Origin: Camelus dromedarius
Lineage: Eukaryota
Assembly (NCBI RefSeq): GCF_036321535.1
Contig: NC_087437.1
Coordinates: forward strand, 50,160,001 to 50,224,000
Reading direction: 5' to 3'
DNA: 64,000 nt
A program made the position numbers and the translations under genes. The notes under the pieces are model-generated. The model was given only the letters and a program-made list of their open reading frames with translations. It searched no databases and had not been told where the DNA came from. Below are positions 25,931 through 36,915 of this stretch, one piece after another (positions within the stretch are counted from its first letter, which is position 1; each line of letters opens with the position of its first letter).

Positions 25931-26137
25931 ATTGGGTATATAGCTAAATTAAAAGGTCTCTCTCACATTTATCTTGAAGCTTCCTTAATTTGAATTTTCT
26001 CCCACAGTCCCAGCTACCCTTAGAACATCCTCTGTTTCCTGTACCCTATTCCTTGTTCTCCAGAAATGTTTTAAAGTCTCAAGATTCTCCTCTAAGATAC
26101 AGTCTTAGGGTTGAAAAAATTGAATGCAGAGGAGTGA

Positions 26138-26483
26138 TGTGGTAGAAGATATTTCTGTTCTTCAAGACTCACTGGCCCTCCCTGTGAGATGATTATACTC
26201 AGGCATGTCCGTGTGACTTGCTTTGGCTAATGAAATGTGCAAAGTGATGTATGTCACTTGGAGGAAGAAATTAAGACCCAATGCATGCCTCTGCCACAAC
26301 GACCAGCAATGCTCCAGGTAGAAAAGATGATCTATTCAGCTTGGTTCCCTGAGTGAAGACAATGTGAAGCCAAGCTTCAGTCAGCCCACAGTGGACATGT
26401 GGAGTGAATGAAAGACTGTCGTAGGAAACCACTGAGATGTGAGGTTTTTGTTGCCACAGCATAACTCATCCTGAATAATATAC
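26138..26483 (+). mobile_element. MaLR solo LTR (MLT1I/J-like)
   Basis: tgtggtag...gtgtgacttgctttggctaatgaaatgtg...gaaaccactgagatgtgaggtttttgttgccacagcataac. Confidence 0.85.
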
Positions 26484-26869
26484 GTTAGTATTCTGGTAGC
26501 AAAGCTACTCCCCCTTCTTGAGTTGTAGTTTTCTTCTGCACCCATCTAGTACATCTGATGAACTCTCACTGGACTCTTGGGAGGAGACACCTTATCATAA
26601 TTATGTATATACCACCTAGAAAATTAGCATAAGTTTTAACATTGAAAAATCTCCTTTTCTATTTGTCTAGGCATAGTCTGCTTACATAAATCAACAGATA
26701 CAATGGATCTGTTAACTCCAGTGTTGGGGCTGAATTTATGTATCTGCCTTTTGTAAAATGAATTATCACATGTAGTCAGGTACTCAGTCCTACTGAACAA
26801 ATGAAAGAAGTTTCAGTGCTTACTTATTAGTCATGTTATCTTTCCTAATGATCAATTATTGCTTTTATG

Positions 26870-27000
26870 TTCAATTCAAGAAACAATTGAGTATCTACTA
26901 TGTACCAGGCATTCTGAAAGACACTAAGAATTTAGAAATAAATATGAACCCCTTCTCAAAAATCCTTACAGACTAGTGAGTGAGACAAATAAGTAAAATA
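26870..27000 (-). mobile_element. LINE-2 3' end fragment
   Basis: ttcaagaaacaattgagtatctactatgtaccaggcattctg. Confidence 0.7.
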
Positions 27001-28426
27001 CAAGTTGTCCTGACCTGGTGTAGTCTTGAATGGCTCCCTTAGTGACAACAGAGACTGTAGACACCCTTTAATAAATAGCTGTATTTGCCATCTGCAGTCC
27101 AGAAATTCTGGGAACTAGGCAAGTCCTGACACAGTTACTCTCTGAAGAGAGTCCCCTGGGATGTTCAATGAATCCAAAAGATTCTTGGCAGTTTTCTTAT
27201 AGTCACTGTGTACAATCACTGGCCATGCTCTTTCCATTCTCCCTTTTCAGTTCCTCCCATATTCATTCCTTCTTTCTTTCCCACTGATACTGTGTTACTT
27301 CCCAACTTCATAACCTTGTATCTTTATAATTTTAATCCTTTTGTGGCAATTTATCTTCATATTTTGATTCACCTCCAAGATCCTGTTATTCCTGACAGAA
27401 CCTACTCCAGATCTTTGTGTTCTATAAGCATTCTTTTAATTCTTGTTGAATGAAATCTGACTCTTCACATGATTCATTCATCTTTGACAGTATTGATTAT
27501 AAAGCTGATAAAAAGGATAAGTTTTGCCTAATTGGAGACACCCAGAATCTTCATGATAACCCCAATATGAGAATTGCCACATGTACTGCTGGGCAATAAA
27601 ATTCAGCAAGTAAAAATCATCCAAGCTGCCTCGTGACTCATAACTCAATCCATTAATAGGATTTTTTGTATCTTTCTCTTCTTTAGTTCCTGACTCAGTT
27701 TTATCCCTGGATATTAGGCTATTGGTTCCTTTATTAAGTAACTTCTAGCGTCCCCTCACATGATTCTTGTTATGAGACCACTGATCTACCCACTTTGATA
27801 CTACTCTCTGGATCGTGCCCAAAGCCTAAGGATGGAAAAAATAGTTGTGCTCCTATTTACCATACACCCATATCTTATTTTGGCTATATTCCAAGTCTGT
27901 TTTGCAATTCTTGGTAAGAATTGCCTGGTCTTTAGTTTTAACTGTTTAGTGCCAATTTAAGCGTCCCTTTAGAATCTCCTTGACAAAAATAATGCTTAAT
28001 GATATAGAACATAGGAACTTCAAGTGAAATTTAAAGATATTTGATCAGATATTTGATAGTTTAAGATAATTGACTATTTTCTTTACTGATGTCTTTTAAT
28101 TTATAGAAATAATGCATAATGATATGAACAATTTCAGAAATATATCAAGTAATAGTTAATGACTATTTTCACTTCCCCTCCACTCAATCCTGTTCCTTCC
28201 CCAGAGATAACCACTGATAACAGTTTAGTATATATTCTCCAAAACATTGTTCTATGTATTTAAATCATAAATAAATATACATAGCTATAATGTGACGTCC
28301 TCCACATAACTTGTACCTATGTAGTTACTTTACATAAATTTGGTAACATCATAGATCATTAATTCACCTATTCAACAAGTTACTTTGACCCCCACCCCTA
28401 ACTATCTTCTGCCCATTTTTTTTGTC

Positions 28427-28534
28427 CTTTTTTTAAATTTATTTTTTTATTGAGTTATAGTCAGGCATATGTAGAATAGATAAAGAAGATTATACTATAT
28501 AGCACAGGGAAATATATACAAGATCTTGTGGTAT
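28427..28534 (-). mobile_element. Miniature 5'-inverted (twin-primed) young LINE-1
   Basis: T tail plus ~16 bp of L1 3' terminus on minus (attgagttatagtcag) joined to ~70 bp of L1 3'UTR in plus orientation (tgtagaatagataaagaagattatactatatagcacagggaaatatatacaagatcttgtggta); no TSD visible. Confidence 0.75.
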
Positions 28535-28875
28535 TTCTCATTTTATTAATTTGAGCCCTCTCTCTTTTTTTCTTCATGAGTTTGGCTAAAGGTTTATCAA
28601 TTTTGTTTATTTTTTCAAAGAACCAGCTTTTGGTTTCATTGATCTTTTCTATGTTATCTTAGTCTGTATTTCATTTATTTCTGCTCTAATCTTTAAGATA
28701 TTCTTTTCCTTCTACTAACTTTTGGTTTTGCTTTTTCTTCTTTCTCCAGTTGCTTTAAGTGTAAGGTTAGATTGTTTATTTGTGATTTTTCTTGTTTTCT
28801 GAGGTAAGTTTGTATCACTATAAACTTCCCTTTTGCAACTTCTTTTACTGCATCCCGTAGGTTTAGATCATTGTG

Positions 28876-30643
28876 GGTTTTTTTTAACATTTTTATTGAT
28901 TTATAATCATTTTACAATGTTGTGTCAAATTCCAGTGTAGAGCACATTTTTCAGTTATACATGAACATATATATATATTGTCACATTTTTTTCTCTGTGA
29001 GCTACCATAAGATTTTGTGTATATTTCCCTGTGCTATGCAATATAATCTTGTTAATCTATTCTACAATTTTGAAATCCCGTCTATCCCTTCCCACCCTCC
29101 GCCCCCTTGGCAACTACAAGTTTGTATTCTATGTCTGAGTCTATTTCTGTTTTGTATTTATGCTTTGGTTTTTTGTTTTTGTTTTTCAGTTTCCACATAT
29201 GAGTGATCTCATATGGTATTTTTCTTTCTCTTTCTGGCTTACTTCACTTAGATTGACATTCTCTAGGAGCATCCATGTTGCTGCAAATGGCGTTATGTTG
29301 TCAGTTTTTATAGCTGAATAGTATTCCACTGTATAAATATACCACCTCTTCTTTATCCAGTCATCCGTTGATGGACATTTAGGCTGTTTCCATGTCTTCA
29401 CTATTGTAAATAGTGCTGCTATGAACATTGGGGTGCAGGTGTCATCCTGAAGTAGGGTTCCTTCTGGATATAAGCCCAGAAGCGGAGTTCCTGGGTCATA
29501 TGGTAAGTCTATTCCTAGTCTTTTGAGGAATCTCCATACTGTTTTCCATAGTGGCTGCACCAAACTGCATTCCCACCAGCAGTGTAGGAGGGTTCCCCTT
29601 TCTCCACAGCCTCTCCAGCATTTGTCATTTGTGGATTTTTGAATGATGACCATTCTGACTGGTGTGAGGTGATACCTCATTGTAGTTTTGATTTGCGTTT
29701 CTCTGATAATTAGTGATATTGAGCATTTTTTCATGTGTCTATTGATCATTTGTATGTCTTCCTTGGAGAATTGCTTGTTTAGGTCTTCTGCCCATTTTTG
29801 GATTGGGTTGTTTGTTATTTCTTATTAAGTCGTATGAGCTGCTTATATATTCTGGAGATCAAGCCTTTGTCGGTTTCATTTGCAAAAATTTTTTCCCATT
29901 CCATAGGTTGTCTTTTTGTTTTGCTTATGGTTTCCTTTGCTGTGCAGAAGCTTGTAAGTTTCATTAGGTCCCATTTGTTTATTCTTGCTTTTATTTCTAT
30001 TCCTTGAGTAGACTGTTCTAGGGGAACATTTTTGAGATGTATGTCAGATAATGTTTTGCCTATATTTTCCTCTAGGAGGTTTATTGTATCTTGTATTATG
30101 TTTAAGTCTTTGATCCATCTTGAGTTGATTTTTGTGTATGTTGGAAGGGAGTGTTCTAGCTTCAGTGTTTTACATGCTGCTGTCCAGTTTCCCCAACACC
30201 ATTTGCTGAAGAGACTGTCTTTCTTCCATTGTATATTCTTGCCTCCTTTGTTGAAGATTAGTTGACCAAAAGTTTGTGGGTTCCTTTCTGGGCTCTCTAT
30301 TCTGTTCCATTGGTCTATATGTCTGTTTTTGTACCAATACCTTGCTGTCTTGATGACTGTAGCTCTATAGTATTGTCTGAAGTCTGGGAGAGTTATTCCT
30401 CCAGCCTCTTTCTTTCTCTTCAGTAATGCTTTGACAATTCTAGGTCTTTGATGGTTCCATCTAAATTTTATTATGATTTGTTCTAGTTCTGTGAAATATG
30501 TCCTGGGTAAATTGATAGGGATTGCATTAAATCTGTAGATTGCCTTGGGCAGTGTGACCATTTTAACAATATTGATTCTTCCAATCCAAGAGCATCGGAT
30601 ATCTTTCCATTTTTTAAAGTCTTCTTTAATTTCCCTTATCAAT
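28876..30643 (-). mobile_element. Young 5'-truncated LINE-1 (~1.77 kb)
   Basis: Perfect 16-bp TSD ggtttagatcattgtg at 28860-28875 and 30644-30659; T tail; long open ORF2 stretches. Confidence 0.96.
29186..30642 (-). pseudogene. LINE-1 ORF2p C-terminal half, split by one frameshift
   Basis: ORFs 29815-30642 ([18 protein letters not shown]...[11 protein letters not shown]) and 29186-29749 with CCHC motif [18 protein letters not shown]. Confidence 0.93.
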
Positions 30644-33600
30644 GGTTTAGATCATTGTGTTTTCATCTTCCTTTGTCTCTGGATATTTTTTTATTTTCTC
30701 TTTGATTTCTTCAATGATCCATTGCTTGTTTAATAGCATATTGCTTAGCTTCCACTTGTTTGTGTCTTTTGCAGTTTTTTGGTTTTTTTTTTTTTTTTGT
30801 AGTTGATTTCTAGTCTCATAGTGTTGTAGTCGGAAAAGATGCTTGATATGATTTCAATTTTCTTACATTTACTGAGACTTGTTTTGTTGCCTAGCATGTG
30901 ATCTATCCTGGAGGATTTTCCATGTGCACTTGAAAAGAATGTGTATTCTGTTGCTTCTGGATGGAATGCTCTTAAATATCAATTAAGAACATTTGGTCTA
31001 ATATGTTACTTAAGACCTGTGTTTCTTTATTGATCTTCTGTCTGAATGATCTGTCCATTGATGTAACTTGGGTGTTCAAGTCCCCTGCTATTATTGTGTT
31101 ACTGTCAATTTCTCCTTTTATGTCTTAATATTTGCCTTACATATTGAGGTGCTCCTATATTGGGTGCATATATATTTACAATTGTTACATCTTTTTCTTG
31201 GATTAATCCCTTGATCATTATGTAGTGTCCTTCTTTGTTTCTTAACAGCCTATTTTGTCTGAAATAAGTATTGCTACTACAGCTTTCTTTTGATCTCCAT
31301 TTGGATGGAATATCTATCTTTTTCTATCCCCTCACTTTTAGTCTGTATGTGTCTCTAGATCTAAAGTGAGCCTCTTACAGGCAGCCTATATAGGGGTCTT
31401 GTTTTTGTATCCATTCAGCCAGCCTGTGTCTTTTGGTTGGAGAATTTAGCCTGTTTACATTTAAGGTAATTATCAATATGTTTATTCTTATTGCCATTTT
31501 TAATTGCTTTTTATTTGTTTTTGAAGGTCTTTTTTTCCCTTTCTTTTATTCTGTTCTCTTGTGATTTGATGACTATCTTTAGTGTTATGTTTGGATTTAT
31601 CTTTCTTTTTTGTGGGTATGTCTATTATAGATTTTTTGTTTGCCATGAGGTTTTTGTATAGCAGTCTACATATATAAGTGATTGTTTTTAAGTTGCTGAT
31701 CTTTTCATTTCAAATGCATTTAAATAGCCTGCATTTGTCCTCTTCTTCCCTCATCATTACTGTTTTTGATATCATATTTTACATCTAATTATTTTGTGTA
31801 TCCCTTAACTGCTTATTGTGGATATATATGATTTTACTACTTTTATCTTTTAACCTCCCTACTAGTTTTGTGTGCGGATGATTTCCTACCTTTACTATAT
31901 GTTTGCCTTTACCAGTGACCTTTTTCACTTTATAATTTTCTTATTTCTGCTTGTGGTCTTTTCTTTTTTCACACAGAGAAGTTCCTTTAACATTTGTTGT
32001 AAAGATGGTTTGGTGGTGCTGAATTCTTTTAGCTTTTGCTTGTCTGTAAAGCTTTTGATTTCTCCATCAAATATGAATAAGAGCCTTGCTGTTTAGCATA
32101 TTCATGGTTGTAGGTTTTTCCCTTTCATCACTGTGAATATATCATGCCACTCCCTTCTGTCCTACAAATTTTCTGCTGAAATATCAGCTGATAGCCTCAT
32201 GGGTGTTCCCTTGTATTTATTTGTTGATTTTCCCTTGCTGCTTTAGCATTCTCTCTTTATCTTTAATTTTTGTCATTTTGATTACAGTGTGTCTTGGTGT
32301 ATTCTTCTGTGGGTTAATCCTGTATGGGACTCTCTGCACTTCCTGGACTTGGGTGTCTTGTTTCCTTTCCCGGATTAGGGAAATTTTTAGCTATTATCTC
32401 TTCAAATATTTTCTCAGGCCCTTTCTCGCATTTTTTTCTGAGACCCCTATAATGTGAATATTAGCACACTTGGTGTTGTATCGGGGTCTCTTAAACTGTC
32501 CTCATTTCTCTTCATTATTTTTTTTTTCTGTTCAGTGACAGTGATTTATACTACTCTGTCTTCCAGCTTACTGATCAGTTCTTCTGCATCATTTAGTCTA
32601 CTGTTGATTTCTTCTATTGAATTTTTCATTTCAGTTACTGTATTCTTCATCTGTTTGGTTGTTCTTTATATTTTTCAACTCTTTGTTTAAAAAATTCTAA
32701 CTTCTCGCTCTCATTCTCCTCCCAAGTTCTTTGGTCATCTTTATGATTGTTACTCTGAACTCTTGCTCAGATAGATTGCCTATCTCCACTCACTTAGTTG
32801 TTCTTCTGGGGTTTTATCTTGTTCCTTCATCTGGAACATATTCCTCTGTCGCCTCATTTTGTCTAATTGCTATTTGTATTTTTATGTCTGTGGTAGGTTA
32901 GTATGTTTCTCAACCCTGGAGAAGTGGCCCTCTGTAGGAAACATTCTATGCATCCTAGCAGTGCACTCTCTTCTTATCACCCAAGCTTTATGCTTTATGG
33001 GTTCCACCTAAGAGGGTTGCGTAAGTCCTTCTGTTGTGGTGGGCTGACTATGTGGGCAGTCTGGTAGGCTTGGTTAGTCTGGTTGGTTGCCAGGCCCTGT
33101 CTTGTGCAGATGCTGCTGGCTGCTATTTAGTGGGATCTGGTCATGATGTGGCTGGTTGCAAAACCTTAGGGGGCTCCAGGGCTAGTGCTGGCTCACTGGT
33201 GGGTGGAGTTAGGGTCCTAAAGACTCTGGGGCTGTTGCCCACCCACTGGCAGGTAAAGCCAGATCCTGTGGTTAGTAACAGACTGATGGCAGGCAGAGCT
33301 GATTCTTCGAGTCTGGGTGCAGGGCCTAGGGATCCCAGAGTTAGTTTCAGATTATTGTGGTGGGGGAAGGGGGGTCAGTTCCTGACACAGTTGGGTATGG
33401 GTTTAGGGGTGTCTTAAAGTTTGTGTTAGTCTGCCAGTGGGCAGGGATAGGCCCCAGCTGGTACCAGGGTACAGTCTGGCCTTCATTGCAGGTTCATAGT
33501 TTTCTTGCTTCTGGTGTCTGCCCCCTGGTGGCTGAGGCTGATCTAGAGGCTTGTGCAGGCTTTCTGGCTGGAGGGGCCAGTAACCTGCCCATTGGTGGGT

Positions 33601-34389
33601 GGAGCTGGGTCTTGGCCCTCAGTTGGGCAAGGCCATGTCTAGGGATGTGTCTAGAGGTGGCTGTGGGTTCAGGAAGTCTTTAAGCAGTCTGACTGCTGGT
33701 GAGTGGGGCTCTGTCCCTGCACAGTTGGTTGGCCCAAGGATCCCAGCACCAGAGCCTACAGGCTGTTAGGTGCAGTCAGGTCTTGGTATTAATGATCCAA
33801 TATGCCAGCCACCAGGAGTGTTCATGCTGTTGAATGTTCCCCAATATGTCTACTACCAGTGTCCATGTTCCCCAGGTGAGCCACACCCACCTCCAGCTTC
33901 TCTAGGAGACTCTCCAAGACCAGCAAGTAGGTCTGGCCCAAACTCCTATCACATTACTTCCTTTACCTTGGGTCCTGGTACATGTGGGATTCTGTGTGCA
34001 CCCTTTAAGAGTGAAGTCTCTATTTCCCCCAATGCTGTGGGGCTCTGGCAGTAAAGACCTACTGGCCTTCCCAGTGCTGGACCCCTAGGCTGGGGAGCTT
34101 GATGTGGGGCTTAGAACCCTCACTCCTGTGGGAGAACCTCTGCCATAGAATTATTCTCCAGTTTGTGAGTCACCCACACAGAAAATACAGGATTTGATTA
34201 TATCGCAAGTTCACCCCTTCTGTCCATCTCATTGTGGCTCCTTCTTTATGTCTTTAGTTGTGGAAGATCTTTTCTGACAGGTTCTAGTCTTTCTCATCGA
34301 TGGTTGTTCTGCAGATAGTTGTGGTTTTAGTGTGCTCATGAGAGGATGTGAGCTCAGGGTCTTTCTACTCCACCATCTTGGCTTCTCTA

Positions 34390-34580
34390 CTAAAATGCAC
34401 AATCTTTTTAAAGCAGCAATTTCACTTTAACAGCTAAATCTTACAGAAATATTTCTATGGGGATACAAAAATAAACATTGTTTACAGTCACACAGTAGAT
34501 TAATCTTAAATGTCCATAAATAACAGAATAGTGAAATAAATTATGACTTATTCATATAATAGAATATAATTCTTTTTTTA
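34390..34580 (+). mobile_element. Ancient L1ME-type fragment
   Basis: aaaatgcacaatc...cagcaatttcacttt...cttaaatgtccataaataacagaatagtgaaataaattatg. Confidence 0.55.
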
Positions 34581-34693
34581 AAAGAAGCTTTGTTTTACTT
34601 TATGATACAAATATCTATTTTAACTTTTTTGTTTTTAAAAGTATTACATAAGTGAATTCGTTTTGTCTTCAGGTTGGATTTGTTCAATAGGTG

Positions 34694-34697
<4 letters not shown>

Positions 34698-34726
<29 letters not shown>
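34698..34726. repeat. (TA)n microsatellite
   Basis: Read directly. Confidence 0.97.
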
Positions 34727-34730
<4 letters not shown>

Positions 34731-35421
34731 TCAAATTTTATTTGACAGATGTAAGTCACTCAAAAGAGTTCATTTTGATTTATTGGGTACATAATAATAT
34801 ACCTTTCAAAAGAAAAATATGTTCATATATATTTACTTGACAGATTGAAATGCTGCAGAACTATCACTTTGTTCTTTCAGAGATATGGTTTATATATCTT
34901 TCCGAATGTGTTCCTGGCCTAATCACCCAAGTAAATCCAAAGGAGTTATTCTTGGTTCTTGAATAAATATTACTCATTTGATAACTTTTCATTAAAGTAA
35001 AATATAAATATCACCTGCATTTTACATACATCATCTATAAACAGGTAATTGGAGTATAGATATATGCAAATTATTTACACTCATGTACTCGCACTTACTA
35101 TCAAAAAGCCAAATAACAGCTAGGACATAAGAGTGGAATTTCCTTTTTAATTCTGAGGCTTCTATTATACTTCTTTTTCCACATCAGTTCTACATTATGT
35201 TTCAAGCTAGAAATCTTATAAATTTCACTTTCCTCGGTTTGCATCTGAACCAGATTTTTCAGTTTAATGGTCCTTAGTGTATTTAGCTATGTGATTAGTC
35301 TTTATCAGGAAGAGTAAAGGGAACCAACACACTTCCTGATTCACGAATGCCGGAAAGAGTGGCAGCAAACATCCATGGCATATGACTGCAATGGAAACTG
35401 TGCTTGAGATGAAAAGCCAAC

Positions 35422-35468
35422 CTGCCTTCTTCAGGCTCTTTTGGGGTTTAGCTTCCAACTGCTTCTTC
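35422..35468 (-). other. Candidate internal exon (47 nt)
   Basis: ctaaacctctatatcttgcttcatattccccag|GAAGAAGCAG...AAGAAGGCAG|gttggc; purine-rich with GAAGAA enhancer-like motifs; one open frame (KKQLEAKPQKSLKKA). Confidence 0.35.
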
Positions 35469-35899
35469 CTGGGGAATATGAAGCAAGATATAGAGGTTTA
35501 GCCTAGCATCAGGGTGAAAGCAAGACCTTTATAAACCAAAGTCATATGTTTGACTGGAGCAAACGTCCAGAGCCTCAGCAGTTTGGAGCGCAGATAAAAG
35601 CCAAGAAATTCAAGTGAGAAACTGGAGGGCGAAGCAGTTGTAACTTAGCTTTGTAGACTCAGGAGTGTGACATCATATTTCTCTTAGCCACACAGAACTA
35701 GACAGAGCAGAGTGAAATAAGCCTGAAAAAACCAGCTCCAAAGGTGATGGCCAGTGAAGAATTGGAATCCAGGCAAGACATAAGGGCAGAGTTCCTGACC
35801 AAACAAGGCAGGATCCCAGTCTGAAAACAAAAGCAGAGACATAAGTGTTAACGGGTGCAAGGTGGGACCCTTCCTCAGTCTGGACAAGGATGCTAGACT

Positions 35900-36915
35900 T
35901 TATTCATTCAACAAGTATTTGTTGAGCATTTACTACATACCAGGCATTTTTCCAGGCACAGGGAATACGGTCATGAACAAAACAAAGGCTCTGCCCTCAT
36001 GGTGTCTGCTCCCTTATAGAGAAAGACAGATAATAAGTAAACAATCCAAACCATTTTTTAGAAGGCAAGTAGTGATTTATGCTAGAGAGGAAATAGAACA
36101 GAATAATTCGATTGAGGGGGACTTTCAATAAGGTTAAGAAAAGGTCGGAAGGGGTTAGATCATATGGGGTCAGTGGACTATAGGAAGTTCAGATGTCATT
36201 CTAACTACAGTAAATGCCATAGGGGGTTTTAAAATTGAGAAATGACGTAATCCTGAATTTTGTCTTTCAAAGAGCACTCTGCCTACTCTGTGAAGAACTG
36301 ACTGAGGAGCCAAGAGCAGAAGCAGGGAGGGATTAGTTAGGAGGGTATTGCCATAATTTAGTGGAGACATGATGTTGGCTTGGAGCTGGAGAAAAGTTGA
36401 CACTGAAAATATATTTTGAAAATAGGACCTCCAGGATTCACTCATGGATTGGATGTCAGGGTAGGGAGAAGAGAATAATCAATAATGATTTCTAGGTTTT
36501 TAGCCTTAGCAACTGGATATAGCCATTAACTTAGAGAAATAAAAGAGCAAGATAGGTTTCAGGAAAGAAAGCCCAAATTCCTTTTAAGCTCTGTTAAGTT
36601 TGGGATACTTGTTATACCCTAAAATGATGATTAGGCACTTGGCTATGAGTCTGGAGCTCAAGAGAAAGGTCAAGAGAAGAGATACTACATGGAGAGACAT
36701 CAGTGTGTACAGATGGGATTTGAAATCATGGGACCAAATAAGATCACCTAGATGGAGAAGGGAAAGAAACAAAGAAAGACAGGGAAAGGAAAGAGACTAG
36801 CCTAAGTCTAGTCCCTGGTCTCCCTAACCCTTAGAGGCTGGAAAGAGGGAGCAAAAGAAACAACTAGTGAGACAGAAGAAAAATGAGGCGATTTTGGTGT
36901 CAAGGAAACTGAGAC
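35900..36915 (-). mobile_element. LINE-2 (L2a-like) ~1 kb 3' fragment
   Basis: ttattcattcaacaagtatttgttgagcatttactacataccaggca and continuing L2 ORF motifs. Confidence 0.9.

Larger units (their letters stand above)
28535..34388 (-). mobile_element. LINE-1 with 5'UTR, ORF1 and 5' part of ORF2; 3' part missing; hosts a younger L1
   Basis: 5' start gagaagccaagatggtggagtagaaagaccctgagctcac on minus; ORF2 remnant 28693-28890 (NLRDAVKEVAKGKFIVIQTYLRKQEKSQINNLTLHLKQLEKEE); ends abruptly at ~28535. Confidence 0.9.

Noticed and set aside
35060..35075. Octamer motif ATGCAAAT
   Set aside because: Occurs several times in this AT-rich window, including inside repeats; not informative alone
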